From an uncultured Pseudomonadota bacterium (GTDB lineage: Bacteria > Pseudomonadota > Alphaproteobacteria > Rs-D84): DNA of 64,000 nt. Under the pieces are notes generated by a model. The model ran no database searches. It was not told where the DNA came from and saw nothing but the letters and a program-made list of their open reading frames with translations. Positions 17,283 to 28,008 of the stretch are shown here, piece after piece (positions within the stretch are counted from its first letter, which is position 1; the number at the start of each line of letters is the position of its first letter). Location of the stretch: assembly GCA_949296475.1 (NCBI GenBank), contig CASFOK010000004.1, positions 861 through 64,860 of the forward strand. The letters run 5' to 3'. A program made the translations under genes and the position numbers.

Positions 17283-17309
17283 AAAACCGGCATTTGCCGG
17301 TTTTTTTTT
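17281..17309. terminator. Bidirectional terminator between gpsA and the ABC permease gene
   Basis: A6-CCGGC-ATTT-GCCGG-T9. Confidence 0.6.
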
Positions 17310-18525
17310 ATTCGTATCGCAGGCTGTCTATTGGGTTTAATTTTGCAGCCTTTCTGGCAGGTACAACCCCCGAAGCCAGCCCAACCACAACAGCAACGCC
17401 AACAGAAACCACAACAGGCCATATACTGAAAGGCACAGAATATCCCAACACAAACCTACCAACGCCTTGAGATAAACCGATGCCCAAAAACATACCAAAA
17501 AGGGAACCTATAAAAGATATTAAAATAGATTCTGATAAAAATTGAATTATTATATGTTTTTCCCTGGCACCGATGGCTTTACGAATGCCTATTTCATGCG
17601 TTCTTTCGGCAACAGATACCAACATCATATTCATAATACCAATAGAACCGACCAGCAAAGACACTGCTGCAATTGCTATCAATAACATCGTCATATAACC
17701 GGTTACTGTGTTCATTGCATCCATAACTTGTTTCATGTCCATAATTTGAAAATCATCGGCGTCTTCTTCATCTAACTTATGTCTGTCGCGAAGTAGGGCG
17801 GTAATTTGCTCTATGGCCAGGTTATTATCAGCATCTGAATACAATTTTAATGTAATCATGTTTACGGAATTTGGGAAACGGCTGCCTTGTAAACGCTTTT
17901 TCAAGGTAGTAATAGGTATTATTACCATATCATCTTGACTACCCATTGCGGAATCCCCGCGTTCTTTCGTAACGCCTATTATTACAAAAGGCATATTTTG
18001 AATACGTATTACTTCCCCAACTGGGTTTTCAGGCATTTGTAATTCTTCGGCGGTTTGCGGCCCGATTACCGCATATGTAGAAGCGTTCCTTACAGCAGAT
18101 TGATCAAAAAAGGTACCGTACTTCATTTCTAAATTCTGAACAGTTGCATAATCGGGGTATGCACCGACCATGGAAGAAGACCAGTTTTGGTTACCATAAA
18201 TTACCTGTGCGGCTGCATTTTGTACTGGGCTGGCCGCAGCGACGTCTGGTAATTGTGCGATAAACTCTGAATCTTGGATTGTTAACGTCTGTCTATTACC
18301 GGTTCTTACACCGGCGCTTTGCGCGGCACCGGCACGAATCGTTATGGTGTTGGTCCCCAACGAAGAAAACTGGTCGTTTATTTCCTTGGACACCGTTTCA
18401 CCGACAGCGACCATTATAACCACAGCCATAACGCCGATAACTATACCAAGAACCGTCAAAAACGAACGTATCTTATTTCCACTGATAGACAACCAAGATT
18501 CTTTAAAAATGTCGTTAAAAGTCAT
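17308..18525 (-). CDS. MacB/FtsX-type ABC transporter permease
   Basis: 405 aa. N-terminal TM, a large periplasmic domain, and a C-terminal FtsX 3-TM bundle (AERTHEIGIRKAIGA). Confidence 0.85.
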   Translation of the reverse strand: MTFNDIFKESWLSISGNKIRSFLTVLGIVIGVMAVVIMVAVGETVSKEINDQFSSLGTNTITIRAGAAQSAGVRTGNRQTLTIQDSEFIAQLPDVAAASPVQNAAAQVIYGNQNWSSSMVGAYPDYATVQNLEMKYGTFFDQSAVRNASTYAVIGPQTAEELQMPENPVGEVIRIQNMPFVIIGVTKERGDSAMGSQDDMVIIPITTLKKRLQGSRFPNSVNMITLKLYSDADNNLAIEQITALLRDRHKLDEEDADDFQIMDMKQVMDAMNTVTGYMTMLLIAIAAVSLLVGSIGIMNMMLVSVAERTHEIGIRKAIGAREKHIIIQFLSESILISFIGSLFGMFLGIGLSQGVGRFVLGYSVPFSIWPVVVSVGVAVVVGLASGVVPARKAAKLNPIDSLRYE

Positions 18526-18533
18526 ATTTCTAC

Positions 18534-19280
18534 CTATTTTGCTGTATGTTTTAATAATGTTTTCTCATCTTTTGGGATTTTTCCGTCATAGGTTATTCTG
18601 CCGTCATAAATGTGTATAAGACGATTAGAATATTGCGCAATTTCAAATTCATGCGTAATCATAACGATTGTGATTCCCATCTCTTCATTTAATTTTTTAA
18701 AAAAACTTAATATTTCATTACCCATTTTACTGTCCAAGGCCCCAGTTGGTTCGTCTGCCAAAATTAACTTTGGGTTACCTGCCAGCGCACGTGCAATAGC
18801 CACGCGCTGTTTCATACCACCCGATAACTGAGTAGGTAAATATGATTCAAAATTTTCTAGTCCGACACGTTTTAACATTTCACGCGCCCTGCGTATACGT
18901 TCATCCATGGGCAAACCGCGATACATCAACGGTAACATAACGTTATCCAAAACGCTTCTTTTAGAAAGCAAATTAAACTGTTGAAAAACGAACCCTATGT
19001 ATTCATTTCTGATAATTGCTAATTCGTCCGCCGATAAATGTGTAACATCTTTGCCGTATAATTTATATGTACCACTTGTTGGCGTATCCAAGGCACCTAT
19101 TATATTCATGCATGTAGATTTTCCACTACCAGAAGGTCCCATGATAGAAACAAACTCGCCCTGGTTTACATCAAACGTTATATCAAATAAAACCTGTTGC
19201 TGTCCCCCCATTTCAACGGGAAAACTTTTACAGATTTTATCCATTGAAATTATATTTACCTGTTCTTTGGTTTTCTTCAT
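18534..19280 (-). CDS. ABC transporter ATP-binding protein (MacB/LolD-like)
   Basis: Walker A GPSGSGKST, signature LSGGMKQR, Walker B LILADEPT. Start trimmed to MKKTKEQ. Confidence 0.9.
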   Translation of the reverse strand: MKKTKEQVNIISMDKICKSFPVEMGGQQQVLFDITFDVNQGEFVSIMGPSGSGKSTCMNIIGALDTPTSGTYKLYGKDVTHLSADELAIIRNEYIGFVFQQFNLLSKRSVLDNVMLPLMYRGLPMDERIRRAREMLKRVGLENFESYLPTQLSGGMKQRVAIARALAGNPKLILADEPTGALDSKMGNEILSFFKKLNEEMGITIVMITHEFEIAQYSNRLIHIYDGRITYDGKIPKDEKTLLKHTAK

Positions 19281-19377
19281 AAAACACTCTCTCTTTTTCA
19301 AAACATTATATCTTTTGAAATAAAAAATTTTTATAAAAAACAATAATAAACCGGTTAACAACAACCGGTTTTTATTT

Positions 19378-20559
19378 TTACATTGGTGGTCCCATACGCA
19401 TACCAGACGACGAAGAAGATGTTTGTCCGTAACGGCCTATGATTACCCTATCTCCTTCTTGAATATCATCTGATATGATTTCCGTTTCTGTTGCGGTGAC
19501 CAGTCCTTTTTCATATGGCACCAATACCACGGTTGGGTTACCATTAACATTACGTTGTATTGCCAAATGTGTTTTAGTTGTCGCATCCCCAGCGTCTTCA
19601 ACAATACCGTCAAAACTACGTAAAATCAGCGATGAATTCTGAACTTTCCATACATCGTCTTTTTCTGAGATTAATATCGTAACAAACGCCGTCATTCCGG
19701 GCTTTAACCGCAAATCGCTGTTATCAACGTCAATTACAACCGTGTATACAACAACATTTGAAGTAACGGTTGGTGACAAACGAATCTGGCGAACTTCGCC
19801 TTCAAAGGTTTGTGTTGGATATGCGTCTACAGTAAATGTTACTTTTTGACCTTCGTTTATCATGCCAATATCAGCCTCTGACACAGCGGTCTCTATCTGC
19901 ATTTTTGATAAATCTTCCGCGATTGCGAACAAATCAGGCGTTTGGAAAGAAGCAGCAACGGTTTGCCCAACGTCAACCTGCCGAGAAATTACCGTACCGT
20001 CAACAGGCGATGTAATCGTTGCATAACTTAAATTCGTAACAGCCCTGTCGTACTGAGATTTCATACGATTAACCGATTGTTCTGCTTGTTCATATGTCGT
20101 CTGTGATTGTTCCAACTCTGCACGCGCTATAAATCCATCGTCATACAAAATTTTGTTACGTTCATATTCACTTTTAGCATAATTACGTTGTGATTCGGCG
20201 CTTACCAAAGAAGCATACGCTTCATCAACTGATGCCTGCAACACTGACGGTTCAATTTTTAATAGCACATCACCTTTACTTACCCGTGAATTATAATCAA
20301 CGAATATTTCTTCAATTGTACCGCTTACCTGTGATCCTACATTAATCGTATTCAAGGGTTGTATTTCACCGGTCGCCGTTACAACCTGACGCAAATTACC
20401 GCGCGTAATAGAAGCCGTTGCGAAACCGGTTCCCACTGTACTATTGCCAGACAGCATAAAGTACAAAATCGTACCGGAAACGATCAAAAAAGCCAACACC
20501 CACCATTTACGTCTTTTCATCCAAGACCACATTTTCTTAATTTTAGATTCTTTATTCAT
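19378..20559 (-). CDS. HlyD/MacA-family periplasmic adaptor
   Basis: N-terminal TM, a coiled-coil hairpin region, and beta-barrel domains. Lies in an operon with the ABC and TolC genes. Confidence 0.85.
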   Translation of the reverse strand: MNKESKIKKMWSWMKRRKWWVLAFLIVSGTILYFMLSGNSTVGTGFATASITRGNLRQVVTATGEIQPLNTINVGSQVSGTIEEIFVDYNSRVSKGDVLLKIEPSVLQASVDEAYASLVSAESQRNYAKSEYERNKILYDDGFIARAELEQSQTTYEQAEQSVNRMKSQYDRAVTNLSYATITSPVDGTVISRQVDVGQTVAASFQTPDLFAIAEDLSKMQIETAVSEADIGMINEGQKVTFTVDAYPTQTFEGEVRQIRLSPTVTSNVVVYTVVIDVDNSDLRLKPGMTAFVTILISEKDDVWKVQNSSLILRSFDGIVEDAGDATTKTHLAIQRNVNGNPTVVLVPYEKGLVTATETEIISDDIQEGDRVIIGRYGQTSSSSSGMRMGPPM

Positions 20560-21877
20560 TTACTTCTTCCTCCATTAATCCGTCTTTTATATCACCTATT
20601 GCCAACGCCAATGCCGCCCGTTTTGTGAACAAGTCGTATTTTGCGGCGTTATTTTGTTTATGAGCATCTGCCAAATCCGCCAATGCAGTTTGCCAGTCCA
20701 ACATTGTTGCCTTGCCGACTTTGTACATACCGGCAGTAACGTTTTCTGTTTCCTTCGCAGAAGCCAATAAAGTTTCTGTCTGCTTTAGTACGGTTTGCGC
20801 GGTTTTATAATTCTGATACGCGGTAAATACGTCCAGTACCGCCGCATCTTTCGTTGCCCGTTCTTGTTCTTTGGCGCGTTCATAGTTTGCCTGGGCAGAC
20901 CTTACATTATATACATTTGCAAAACCGGCAAATATCGGCATAGACGCACGAATTCCGATACTGCCACTTATATTGTCCTGTCCCGCGTTAAACACATCTG
21001 ATGGCGTATTATTCCAAGACAAACTGCCAGATGCAGAAATGCTTGGCAAATTACTTAAAAAAGCACTATTTCTGCGATGCCATGCGGCGTCTTTATTTGC
21101 AGATGCACGCAAAAGGTCAGGGCGCTTTTGTTCTGCCAACGCAATTAAATCATCTATGTTTTTATTTTCTGATTCTGTACCGAACTCCGCCGGCATATCT
21201 GCAATTTCTATATCCTGATTTGCAGAAAAAGACAGTTTAGATAGCAAAGTCCCCTTGGCGATTTCGCGGTTGTTCTTTGCCCTTTCTAAATCTAATTCGC
21301 GACTGGCCAACGTGGTATCCGCTTTCAGCACATCTGCCTTGGCGACGGCACCCGCCTTGTATTTCTTATCGGCGGTATCTTTTGCGGTTTGCGCAACAAC
21401 CTTTAAAGATTGCGCTGTCATTACGTCAGCGTCGGCATTCAACAAAGCATAATAAGCCCCTATTATCCCATAAACATAGTTTTGAACCGATTCGCTGTAA
21501 TCAAAACCAGTTGCACGCCATGTCGCAATAAGTTGGTTGACATCTGACAACCTTTTTCCGAAGTCAAAAATTAAATACGATGCGGAAATGGACGCGCTAT
21601 AAGACCAATCAGACCACTCTTCGTTTCTGTATGGTAAACTCGCAGAACCCGACGCACTGACGCTGGGCAAGTATTGTGCATACCCGGCATTTTTGTTAAA
21701 TCTTGCGGATTCCAAAGATAAATATGCAGAAGTTGTTTCTGGATTTCTGCATAGCCCCAGTTCTATTACTTGTTGTAAAGTAAGTTTTCCCTGGGGTACG
21801 GTATTTGTAGACAAGCAGTCTGTTGATGCAAACACTGGTAACGGCATTAAAAAGAATAAGAAAAACGCCTTTTTCAT
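20552..21877 (-). CDS. TolC-family outer membrane efflux protein
   Basis: Signal peptide and duplicated OEP repeats; 441 aa. Overlaps the adaptor gene start by 8 nt. Confidence 0.85.
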   Translation of the reverse strand: MKKAFFLFFLMPLPVFASTDCLSTNTVPQGKLTLQQVIELGLCRNPETTSAYLSLESARFNKNAGYAQYLPSVSASGSASLPYRNEEWSDWSYSASISASYLIFDFGKRLSDVNQLIATWRATGFDYSESVQNYVYGIIGAYYALLNADADVMTAQSLKVVAQTAKDTADKKYKAGAVAKADVLKADTTLASRELDLERAKNNREIAKGTLLSKLSFSANQDIEIADMPAEFGTESENKNIDDLIALAEQKRPDLLRASANKDAAWHRRNSAFLSNLPSISASGSLSWNNTPSDVFNAGQDNISGSIGIRASMPIFAGFANVYNVRSAQANYERAKEQERATKDAAVLDVFTAYQNYKTAQTVLKQTETLLASAKETENVTAGMYKVGKATMLDWQTALADLADAHKQNNAAKYDLFTKRAALALAIGDIKDGLMEEEVNE

Positions 21878-21933
21878 TTATACACCCTCTCTACAATAAG
21901 AATATTATATCATAAATAATATGAATTTTTATG

Positions 21934-21962
21934 TTGAATTACAATTTTTTTTTGCGTAGTAT
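21934..21962 (+). promoter_or_regulatory. Sigma70-like promoter for tRNA-Cys/recF
   Basis: TTGAAT-17 nt-TAGTAT, ending 17 nt upstream of the tRNA. Confidence 0.35.
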
Positions 21963-21979
21963 AGTTGCACATACTTTAT

Positions 21980-22053
21980 GGCCTGGTGGCAGAGTGGTTA
22001 TGCAGAGGACTGCAAATCCTTGTATGCCGGTTCGATTCCGACCCAGGCCTCCA
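21980..22053 (+). tRNA. tRNA-Cys (anticodon GCA), CCA encoded
   Basis: Acceptor GGCCTGG/CCAGGCC, anticodon arm GGACT-GCAAA-TCC, T loop TTCGATT. One C-A mismatch in the T stem. Confidence 0.85.
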
Positions 22054-22063
22054 TATTTTTATA

Positions 22064-23161
22064 ATGATAAACGAAATAACCTTATCTAACTTCAGAAACC
22101 ACGCGACGTGCCGAATAAAAACGCATAACTGTCGTAATATAATAATAACAGGACCAAACGGTGCAGGTAAAACCGCTATCCTAGAGGCGATATCCATGTT
22201 AGGTGGCGACCGGGGTCTGCGCGGTGCCTGCATGACAGACATAACGCGTTTTGACGGTAACGGTAATTTTGCCGTTTGCGCAAACCTTGCCGACGATACG
22301 GAAATATCTGTGTATTTTAATTCTGGGGATTCTAATCGCAAGGCAAAGGTTGACGGCGATAACACCGCGTTATCTGATTTAGCGAGATACTTACGAATAA
22401 TATGGCTGACCCCAAAAGAAGACAGGTTATTTGTAGATGCCGCATCTGATAGACGGGCGTTTTTTGACAGACTGGTTTCTGGCTTTGACCCGACACATGC
22501 CGGACGCGTCGCAAGACTTTCAAAACTTATTACAGAAAGGGCGTTTGCTCTAAAAAACGGAAAAGATACAAACTGGATAAATGCGTTAGATTCACAAATC
22601 AGCGGTACGTCTGTTGCAATTGCTTTTGCGCGAATTCAATATGCAGGGGAATTAAACTACTTTTTAAAAGATTGCGCCATAACCGTATCAGGAATTGTTG
22701 AATCAATGTTACTAGAAGGAAACAACGCCGCAGAAACAGAAAGAAAATATCTTGCATATTTACAATCTAACCGTGAACTTATCGGCGATAAAATGATATT
22801 AGACGGTCCACATAAATCCGACTTTGGGGTGTTTAATAAATCTTTAAATCTGCCGGCCAATCTTACCAGCACGGGCCAGCAAAAGACAGTATTATTAGAT
22901 TTAATTTTGTCACATGCGAAACTTACCCACACTAAAACAGGTCGCGATACAATAATATTACTGGACGAGGCGGCCGCCCACCTTGATTCCGACGCGCGCG
23001 CAAAGTTATTCAAGGACCTAGACGATGCAAACGCACAAGTGTGGGCAACAGGTTTAGACTCAGATGTTTTTAAAAATGTACCCAGCGCATTATTTGTTAC
23101 TTGCAAGGGTGGCACAATAAATAATATACTTGTGGCGGAGAATATAAATGAGCAAAATTGA
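22064..23161 (+). CDS. recF: DNA replication and repair protein RecF
   Basis: MINEITLSNFRNH N-terminus and Walker A GPNGAGKT. The ORF-track start lies inside the tRNA, so the start was moved to ATG 22064. Confidence 0.9.
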   Translation: MINEITLSNFRNHATCRIKTHNCRNIIITGPNGAGKTAILEAISMLGGDRGLRGACMTDITRFDGNGNFAVCANLADDTEISVYFNSGDSNRKAKVDGDNTALSDLARYLRIIWLTPKEDRLFVDAASDRRAFFDRLVSGFDPTHAGRVARLSKLITERAFALKNGKDTNWINALDSQISGTSVAIAFARIQYAGELNYFLKDCAITVSGIVESMLLEGNNAAETERKYLAYLQSNRELIGDKMILDGPHKSDFGVFNKSLNLPANLTSTGQQKTVLLDLILSHAKLTHTKTGRDTIILLDEAAAHLDSDARAKLFKDLDDANAQVWATGLDSDVFKNVPSALFVTCKGGTINNILVAENINEQN

Positions 23162-23612
23162 TTATCAAAATTTACTGGACGTCGCCTTGAAATCCGTTGT
23201 AAAAGAAGCGCTGGTTCATGCCCAAGTAAATGGCTTGGGGGATGGCACACACTTTTTTATAACGTTCAAGACCCGCGCGCCTGGGGTTGTATTACCGGAT
23301 TTTCTGCGAATTAGGTATCCTGATATAATGACAATCGTTTTGCAATATTCATATAATAATTTACATGTATCAGATAAAGAGTTTGGTGTTCAATTAACGT
23401 TTGACGGTCGTCCGTTTTTCATTCGGGTACCATTTTCTGCGCTGGTAGAATTCAAAGACCCGTCTGTTGATTTTATATTATCCTTTCATCCAAAAGGCAA
23501 CGTGGCAGCAGACAACGACATGGAATTACCATTGGAAGAAAAACCGGGCTCTGTCCCGGACACAGGTCGCGTCGTATCCTTGGACGAATTTAGGAAGAAA
23601 AAAAACCAATAA
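23148..23612 (+). CDS. sspB: ClpXP adaptor SspB (alphaproteobacterial type)
   Basis: HFFITFKTRAPGVVLPDFLRIRYPDIMTIVLQ block characteristic of the SspB family. Confidence 0.75.
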   Translation: MSKIDYQNLLDVALKSVVKEALVHAQVNGLGDGTHFFITFKTRAPGVVLPDFLRIRYPDIMTIVLQYSYNNLHVSDKEFGVQLTFDGRPFFIRVPFSALVEFKDPSVDFILSFHPKGNVAADNDMELPLEEKPGSVPDTGRVVSLDEFRKKKNQ

Positions 23613-23636
23613 AAAACCGGCGTTTGCCGGTCTTTT
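23611..23636. terminator. Bidirectional terminator between sspB and accC
   Basis: A6-CCGGC-GTTT-GCCGG-T. Confidence 0.55.
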
Positions 23637-25062
23637 ATTTTTTTCTTTTTACAGTTTTCTTTTTTACAGGTTCTTTGGTCGCAACGACTTCTTCTTCCTT
23701 TGGGGCAGATTGCGCTTTTTCACCCTGTAAAAAACTTTCCAGCCAATGGTTATCAAAATTCAAGGTTTTTACATCTTTGTTTTTTAATAACTTCTGTTGC
23801 AAAGGTATCGTCGTCTTTACGCCTTCAATCACAAATTCATCCAGCGCACGCGTCGCACGCATTATGCACGCTGGCCTGTTCGGCGCATGAACTATTAACT
23901 TTGCAATCATTGAATCATAAGTCGGCGGAATTGTATATCCAGTATAAACCGCGCTATCCACACGAACACCCATACCACCAGACGGCGCATATAAAGTTAT
24001 TTTTCCTGGATTTGGAACAAAATTTTCTGGGTCTTCGGCATTTATACGAAATTCAATCGCATGCCCATGCGGTACAACATTAGACTGTGTATAACCTAAC
24101 TTTTCACCGGCCGCAACCCTTATCTGTTCACGTACAAGGTCAACACCATATACCATTTCCGTCACGGGATGTTCTACCTGCAGGCGCGTATTCATTTCCA
24201 AGAAATAAAACTTACCGCCTTCAAACATAAACTCAAAAGTACCAGCGTTTGTATAGCCCATTTTTTTCGCGGCTTCTTTACATATTTTTATCATATCGTC
24301 GCGTTGCTTTTGGGTCAGAATTGCCGCAGGGCATTCTTCCATAACTTTTTGATTCTTACGTTGCAAGGAACAATCGCGTTCCCCAAATATAACAACGTTA
24401 CCATGCTTATCACCCAAGACCTGAAATTCAATATGTCTTGGATGTAACAGTAACTTTTCCATATATAACGTGTCGTCACCAAAGCCGGATTTTGCTTCCT
24501 GCTTTGTAATTTGATACGCGGCCGGCATTTCTTCGGCAGACATAACAGGCCTTATACCGCGACCGCCACCGCCGGCAGCCGCCTTTAACATAACCGGATA
24601 TCCGATTTTTTCTGCCCACGATAACGCGTCTTCCAAAGACGTTACCGCACCGTCAGACCCCGGCACAACAGGCAGACCACATTCAATAGCAGTCTTTTTT
24701 GCGTTAACCTTGTCGCCCATTTTTTCAATCATTGCGGCAGACGGCCCAATCCATATTAAACCGTGTTGCTCAACCTTTTGGGCAAAATCTGCGCGTTCTG
24801 ATAAGAACCCATACCCAGGGTGAATCGCATCGGCGTTCGTTAACAACGCCGCCGTTAAAATCGCAGACTCGTTAAGATAAGAATCCTTTGAAGGTCCCGG
24901 ACCAATACAAACAGATTCGTCGGCCAACTGCACATGCATTGCATTTTTATCAACCGTAGAATAAACCGCAACCGTACGTATACCCATGTCACGACACGCA
25001 CGAATTATGCGTAGTGCGATTTCACCACGATTTGCAATTAAAACTTTTTTTATCTGAGACAT
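23635..25062 (-). CDS. accC: Acetyl-CoA carboxylase biotin carboxylase subunit, with Lys-rich C-terminal tail
   Basis: ATP-grasp motifs throughout. Extra tail ...KEPVKKKTVKRKK. Confidence 0.96.
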   Translation of the reverse strand: MSQIKKVLIANRGEIALRIIRACRDMGIRTVAVYSTVDKNAMHVQLADESVCIGPGPSKDSYLNESAILTAALLTNADAIHPGYGFLSERADFAQKVEQHGLIWIGPSAAMIEKMGDKVNAKKTAIECGLPVVPGSDGAVTSLEDALSWAEKIGYPVMLKAAAGGGGRGIRPVMSAEEMPAAYQITKQEAKSGFGDDTLYMEKLLLHPRHIEFQVLGDKHGNVVIFGERDCSLQRKNQKVMEECPAAILTQKQRDDMIKICKEAAKKMGYTNAGTFEFMFEGGKFYFLEMNTRLQVEHPVTEMVYGVDLVREQIRVAAGEKLGYTQSNVVPHGHAIEFRINAEDPENFVPNPGKITLYAPSGGMGVRVDSAVYTGYTIPPTYDSMIAKLIVHAPNRPACIMRATRALDEFVIEGVKTTIPLQQKLLKNKDVKTLNFDNHWLESFLQGEKAQSAPKEEEVVATKEPVKKKTVKRKK

Positions 25063-25070
25063 TTTTTAAC

Positions 25071-25517
25071 TTATTCAATTACTATGATTGGTTGGTCAAA
25101 TTCAACAGCCTGACCATCGGAAACCAATATTTCTTTTACAACGCCGTCTTTGTCAGACTTTATTGGGTTAAATGTTTTCATCGCTTCAATCAACGCAACG
25201 GTATCACCGGCCTTGATTTGCGCGCCGACTGTTGTGAACGGCTTTGCCCCGGGTTCCGGCGCCAGATATGCAACGCCCACCATCGGCGATTTCAATGCGT
25301 AACCATTTAATACCTTTTCAGAAGGTTCGCTGTTTGTATTTTTTGATTCTGTTGCAACTGGGAAGTTAGGCATTGCCACCGCGGTCGCCTGTTGCTTTGA
25401 TAAATGAATATGTTTACGATAAACGCCGAATAAAAACTGACGTTCCAGTTCTAGTTCTGTAATGCCCATTTCATCCATTATTTTAGACATGGATTCAACG
25501 GTTGCACGAAAAGACAT
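25071..25517 (-). CDS. accB: Biotin carboxyl carrier protein
   Basis: EAMKTFN biotinylation motif; accB-accC operon. Confidence 0.92.
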   Translation of the reverse strand: MSFRATVESMSKIMDEMGITELELERQFLFGVYRKHIHLSKQQATAVAMPNFPVATESKNTNSEPSEKVLNGYALKSPMVGVAYLAPEPGAKPFTTVGAQIKAGDTVALIEAMKTFNPIKSDKDGVVKEILVSDGQAVEFDQPIIVIE

Positions 25518-25578
25518 TTTACATCCTTTTATATTTTTTATATCAGTAAGTGAAATTTTACCACAATCAAGTTACTTG

Positions 25579-25830
25579 TCAAGGGACAGGGTCGTAACCA
25601 TAGCCCCCGCCAGGCCTGCACCTGCATATTCTTTTTATTCCCAACCAGATTCCGCGCCACACACCATACTTTTCAATTGCCTGTCTGGTATATTCACTGC
25701 AAGACGGGGTAAACCTGCACGCTGCGCGCCCGCCGATAAGCGGGGATATACAAACCTGATATACCCAGATAAGCATATTTGCACATTTACGCGCCCATCT
25801 GACCAAAAAATTATTCTGCTGATTTTGCAT
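25579..25830 (-). CDS. yidD: Membrane protein insertion efficiency factor YidD
   Basis: [19 protein letters not shown] motif. Overlaps the rnpA 3' end. Confidence 0.85.
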   Translation of the reverse strand: MQNQQNNFLVRWARKCANMLIWVYQVCISPLIGGRAACRFTPSCSEYTRQAIEKYGVWRGIWLGIKRICRCRPGGGYGYDPVP

Positions 25831-26161
25831 TACGTAACTTTTTTATATAATGTAAGGCCTTGCGCATGGCGTCGCGCCCTTCGTCACGCGTGGCGTCTAA
25901 TATAGGCTTGCGCGCGGTAAAAATATAATCCAAATCATCGCACAAGTATTTTTCATTAAAGCGCAACCAGTCACGTAATAAACGCTTTGCCCGATTTCGG
26001 TCAACCGCATGCTTGAACGTCTTTTTAGTCACGGTCAGGCCAAATCTGGGATCGCCGGGTATTTTCGCAGGTTTAGCGCGAACAAAAAACCACACGCAAC
26101 GCGCATTCAAGTCTTGGTCCGTCATTAAAAAATCGTCGTGTCTTTTTATAGTGTTTCTCAT
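25811..26161 (-). CDS. rnpA: RNase P protein component
   Basis: 116 aa, basic, with [24 protein letters not shown] (RNR motif region). Confidence 0.85.
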   Translation of the reverse strand: MRNTIKRHDDFLMTDQDLNARCVWFFVRAKPAKIPGDPRFGLTVTKKTFKHAVDRNRAKRLLRDWLRFNEKYLCDDLDYIFTARKPILDATRDEGRDAMRKALHYIKKLRNAKSAE

Positions 26162-26236
26162 TCTGCTTATAATAACAAAATATAAAGATAATCAAATAAA
26201 AAACATAAATTAATACACGATGTCTTGATTTTTTAA

Positions 26237-27332
<1,096 letters not shown>

Positions 27333-27334
<2 letters not shown>

Positions 27335-27361
27335 AAAGGCCGGCAAATGCCGGTTTTTTTT
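27333..27361 (+). terminator. mreB intrinsic terminator
   Basis: GGCCGGC-AAAT-GCCGGTT followed by a T-run. Confidence 0.65.
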
Positions 27362-27418
27362 GTATTATTTGTTATTACCGCAAACAGAAATATTATATTT
27401 TGAAAATTCCCCTCTATC

Positions 27419-27554
27419 TGTCATTCCCGCGCAGGCGGGAATAGGGTCTATTAAATTTATATCGCAGATTTCAGATTAATGGAAAAAACATAGATATATA
27501 CTAATTAATTAAATAATTATTTTAGTCCCTATTCCCGCCTGCGCGGGAATGACA
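27419..27554. mobile_element. MITE-like element: ~32-nt terminal inverted repeats, each containing the hairpin ATTCCCGC-GCAG-GCGGGAAT, around an AT-rich core
   Basis: Left end TGTCATTCCCGCGCAGGCGGGAATAGGGTCTA. Reverse complement of the right end TGTCATTCCCGCGCAGGCGGGAATAGGGACTA (one mismatch). Confidence 0.55.
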
Positions 27555-27592
27555 AAACACGCATTATCACCCAATAAAAACATTAGTTTTTT

Positions 27593-27617
27593 GACCCGCC
27601 TGCGCGGGAATGACAAA
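27593..27617. repeat. Solo partial copy of the same palindromic repeat
   Basis: CCCGCCTGCGCGGGAATGACAAA is identical to 27534-27556. Confidence 0.55.
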
Positions 27618-27644
27618 TAAGATAATATATTAGAAAAACAATGT

Positions 27645-27965
27645 TTAAATTTTTACCATATTTTTTATATATTCTGTCAAACCAACAGCCAAATCATTCC
27701 ATTCAGGATTCATTGTTTCTATTAATCTATACTTCCACGCACGATTCCATTTTTTTAATGCCTTTTCGCGTGCAATTGCATCGTGTATATATTGATAATG
27801 TTCAAAGTAAGCCAGTTTGTCAATATTGTGCTGTTTGGTGTACCCAGGTACCAGTCCCATTTTATGTTCAATTATTCTGCGTTCTAAATTATTTGTAACC
27901 CCGATATATGTTGCCTTGGCACGATCATTAAATAATATATATACCCAAAAGTTGTATTCTTTCAT
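27645..27965 (-). CDS. Stand-alone GIY-YIG nuclease domain protein
   Basis: WVYILFN...TYIGVTNNLERRIIEH...REKALKKW...NPEWNDL pattern of short GIY-YIG (URI-domain) proteins. Confidence 0.85.
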   Translation of the reverse strand: MKEYNFWVYILFNDRAKATYIGVTNNLERRIIEHKMGLVPGYTKQHNIDKLAYFEHYQYIHDAIAREKALKKWNRAWKYRLIETMNPEWNDLAVGLTEYIKNMVKI

Positions 27966-28008
27966 GTATTAAATACTATAAAATATAGTATGTGTATAAC
28001 AACTGTTT

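Noticed and set aside
16961-17422. 153-aa minus-strand ORF rich in Cys/Gly/Trp
   Set aside because: It spans the gpsA 3' end, the bidirectional terminator and the ABC permease 3' end. It is a composite shadow ORF.
22657-23250. 197-aa minus-strand ORF
   Set aside because: It is antisense to recF and the sspB start, and it has no motifs or RBS.
25462-25905. 147-aa plus-strand ORF
   Set aside because: It is antisense to the accB start, yidD and the rnpA end, all of which have clear family signatures.
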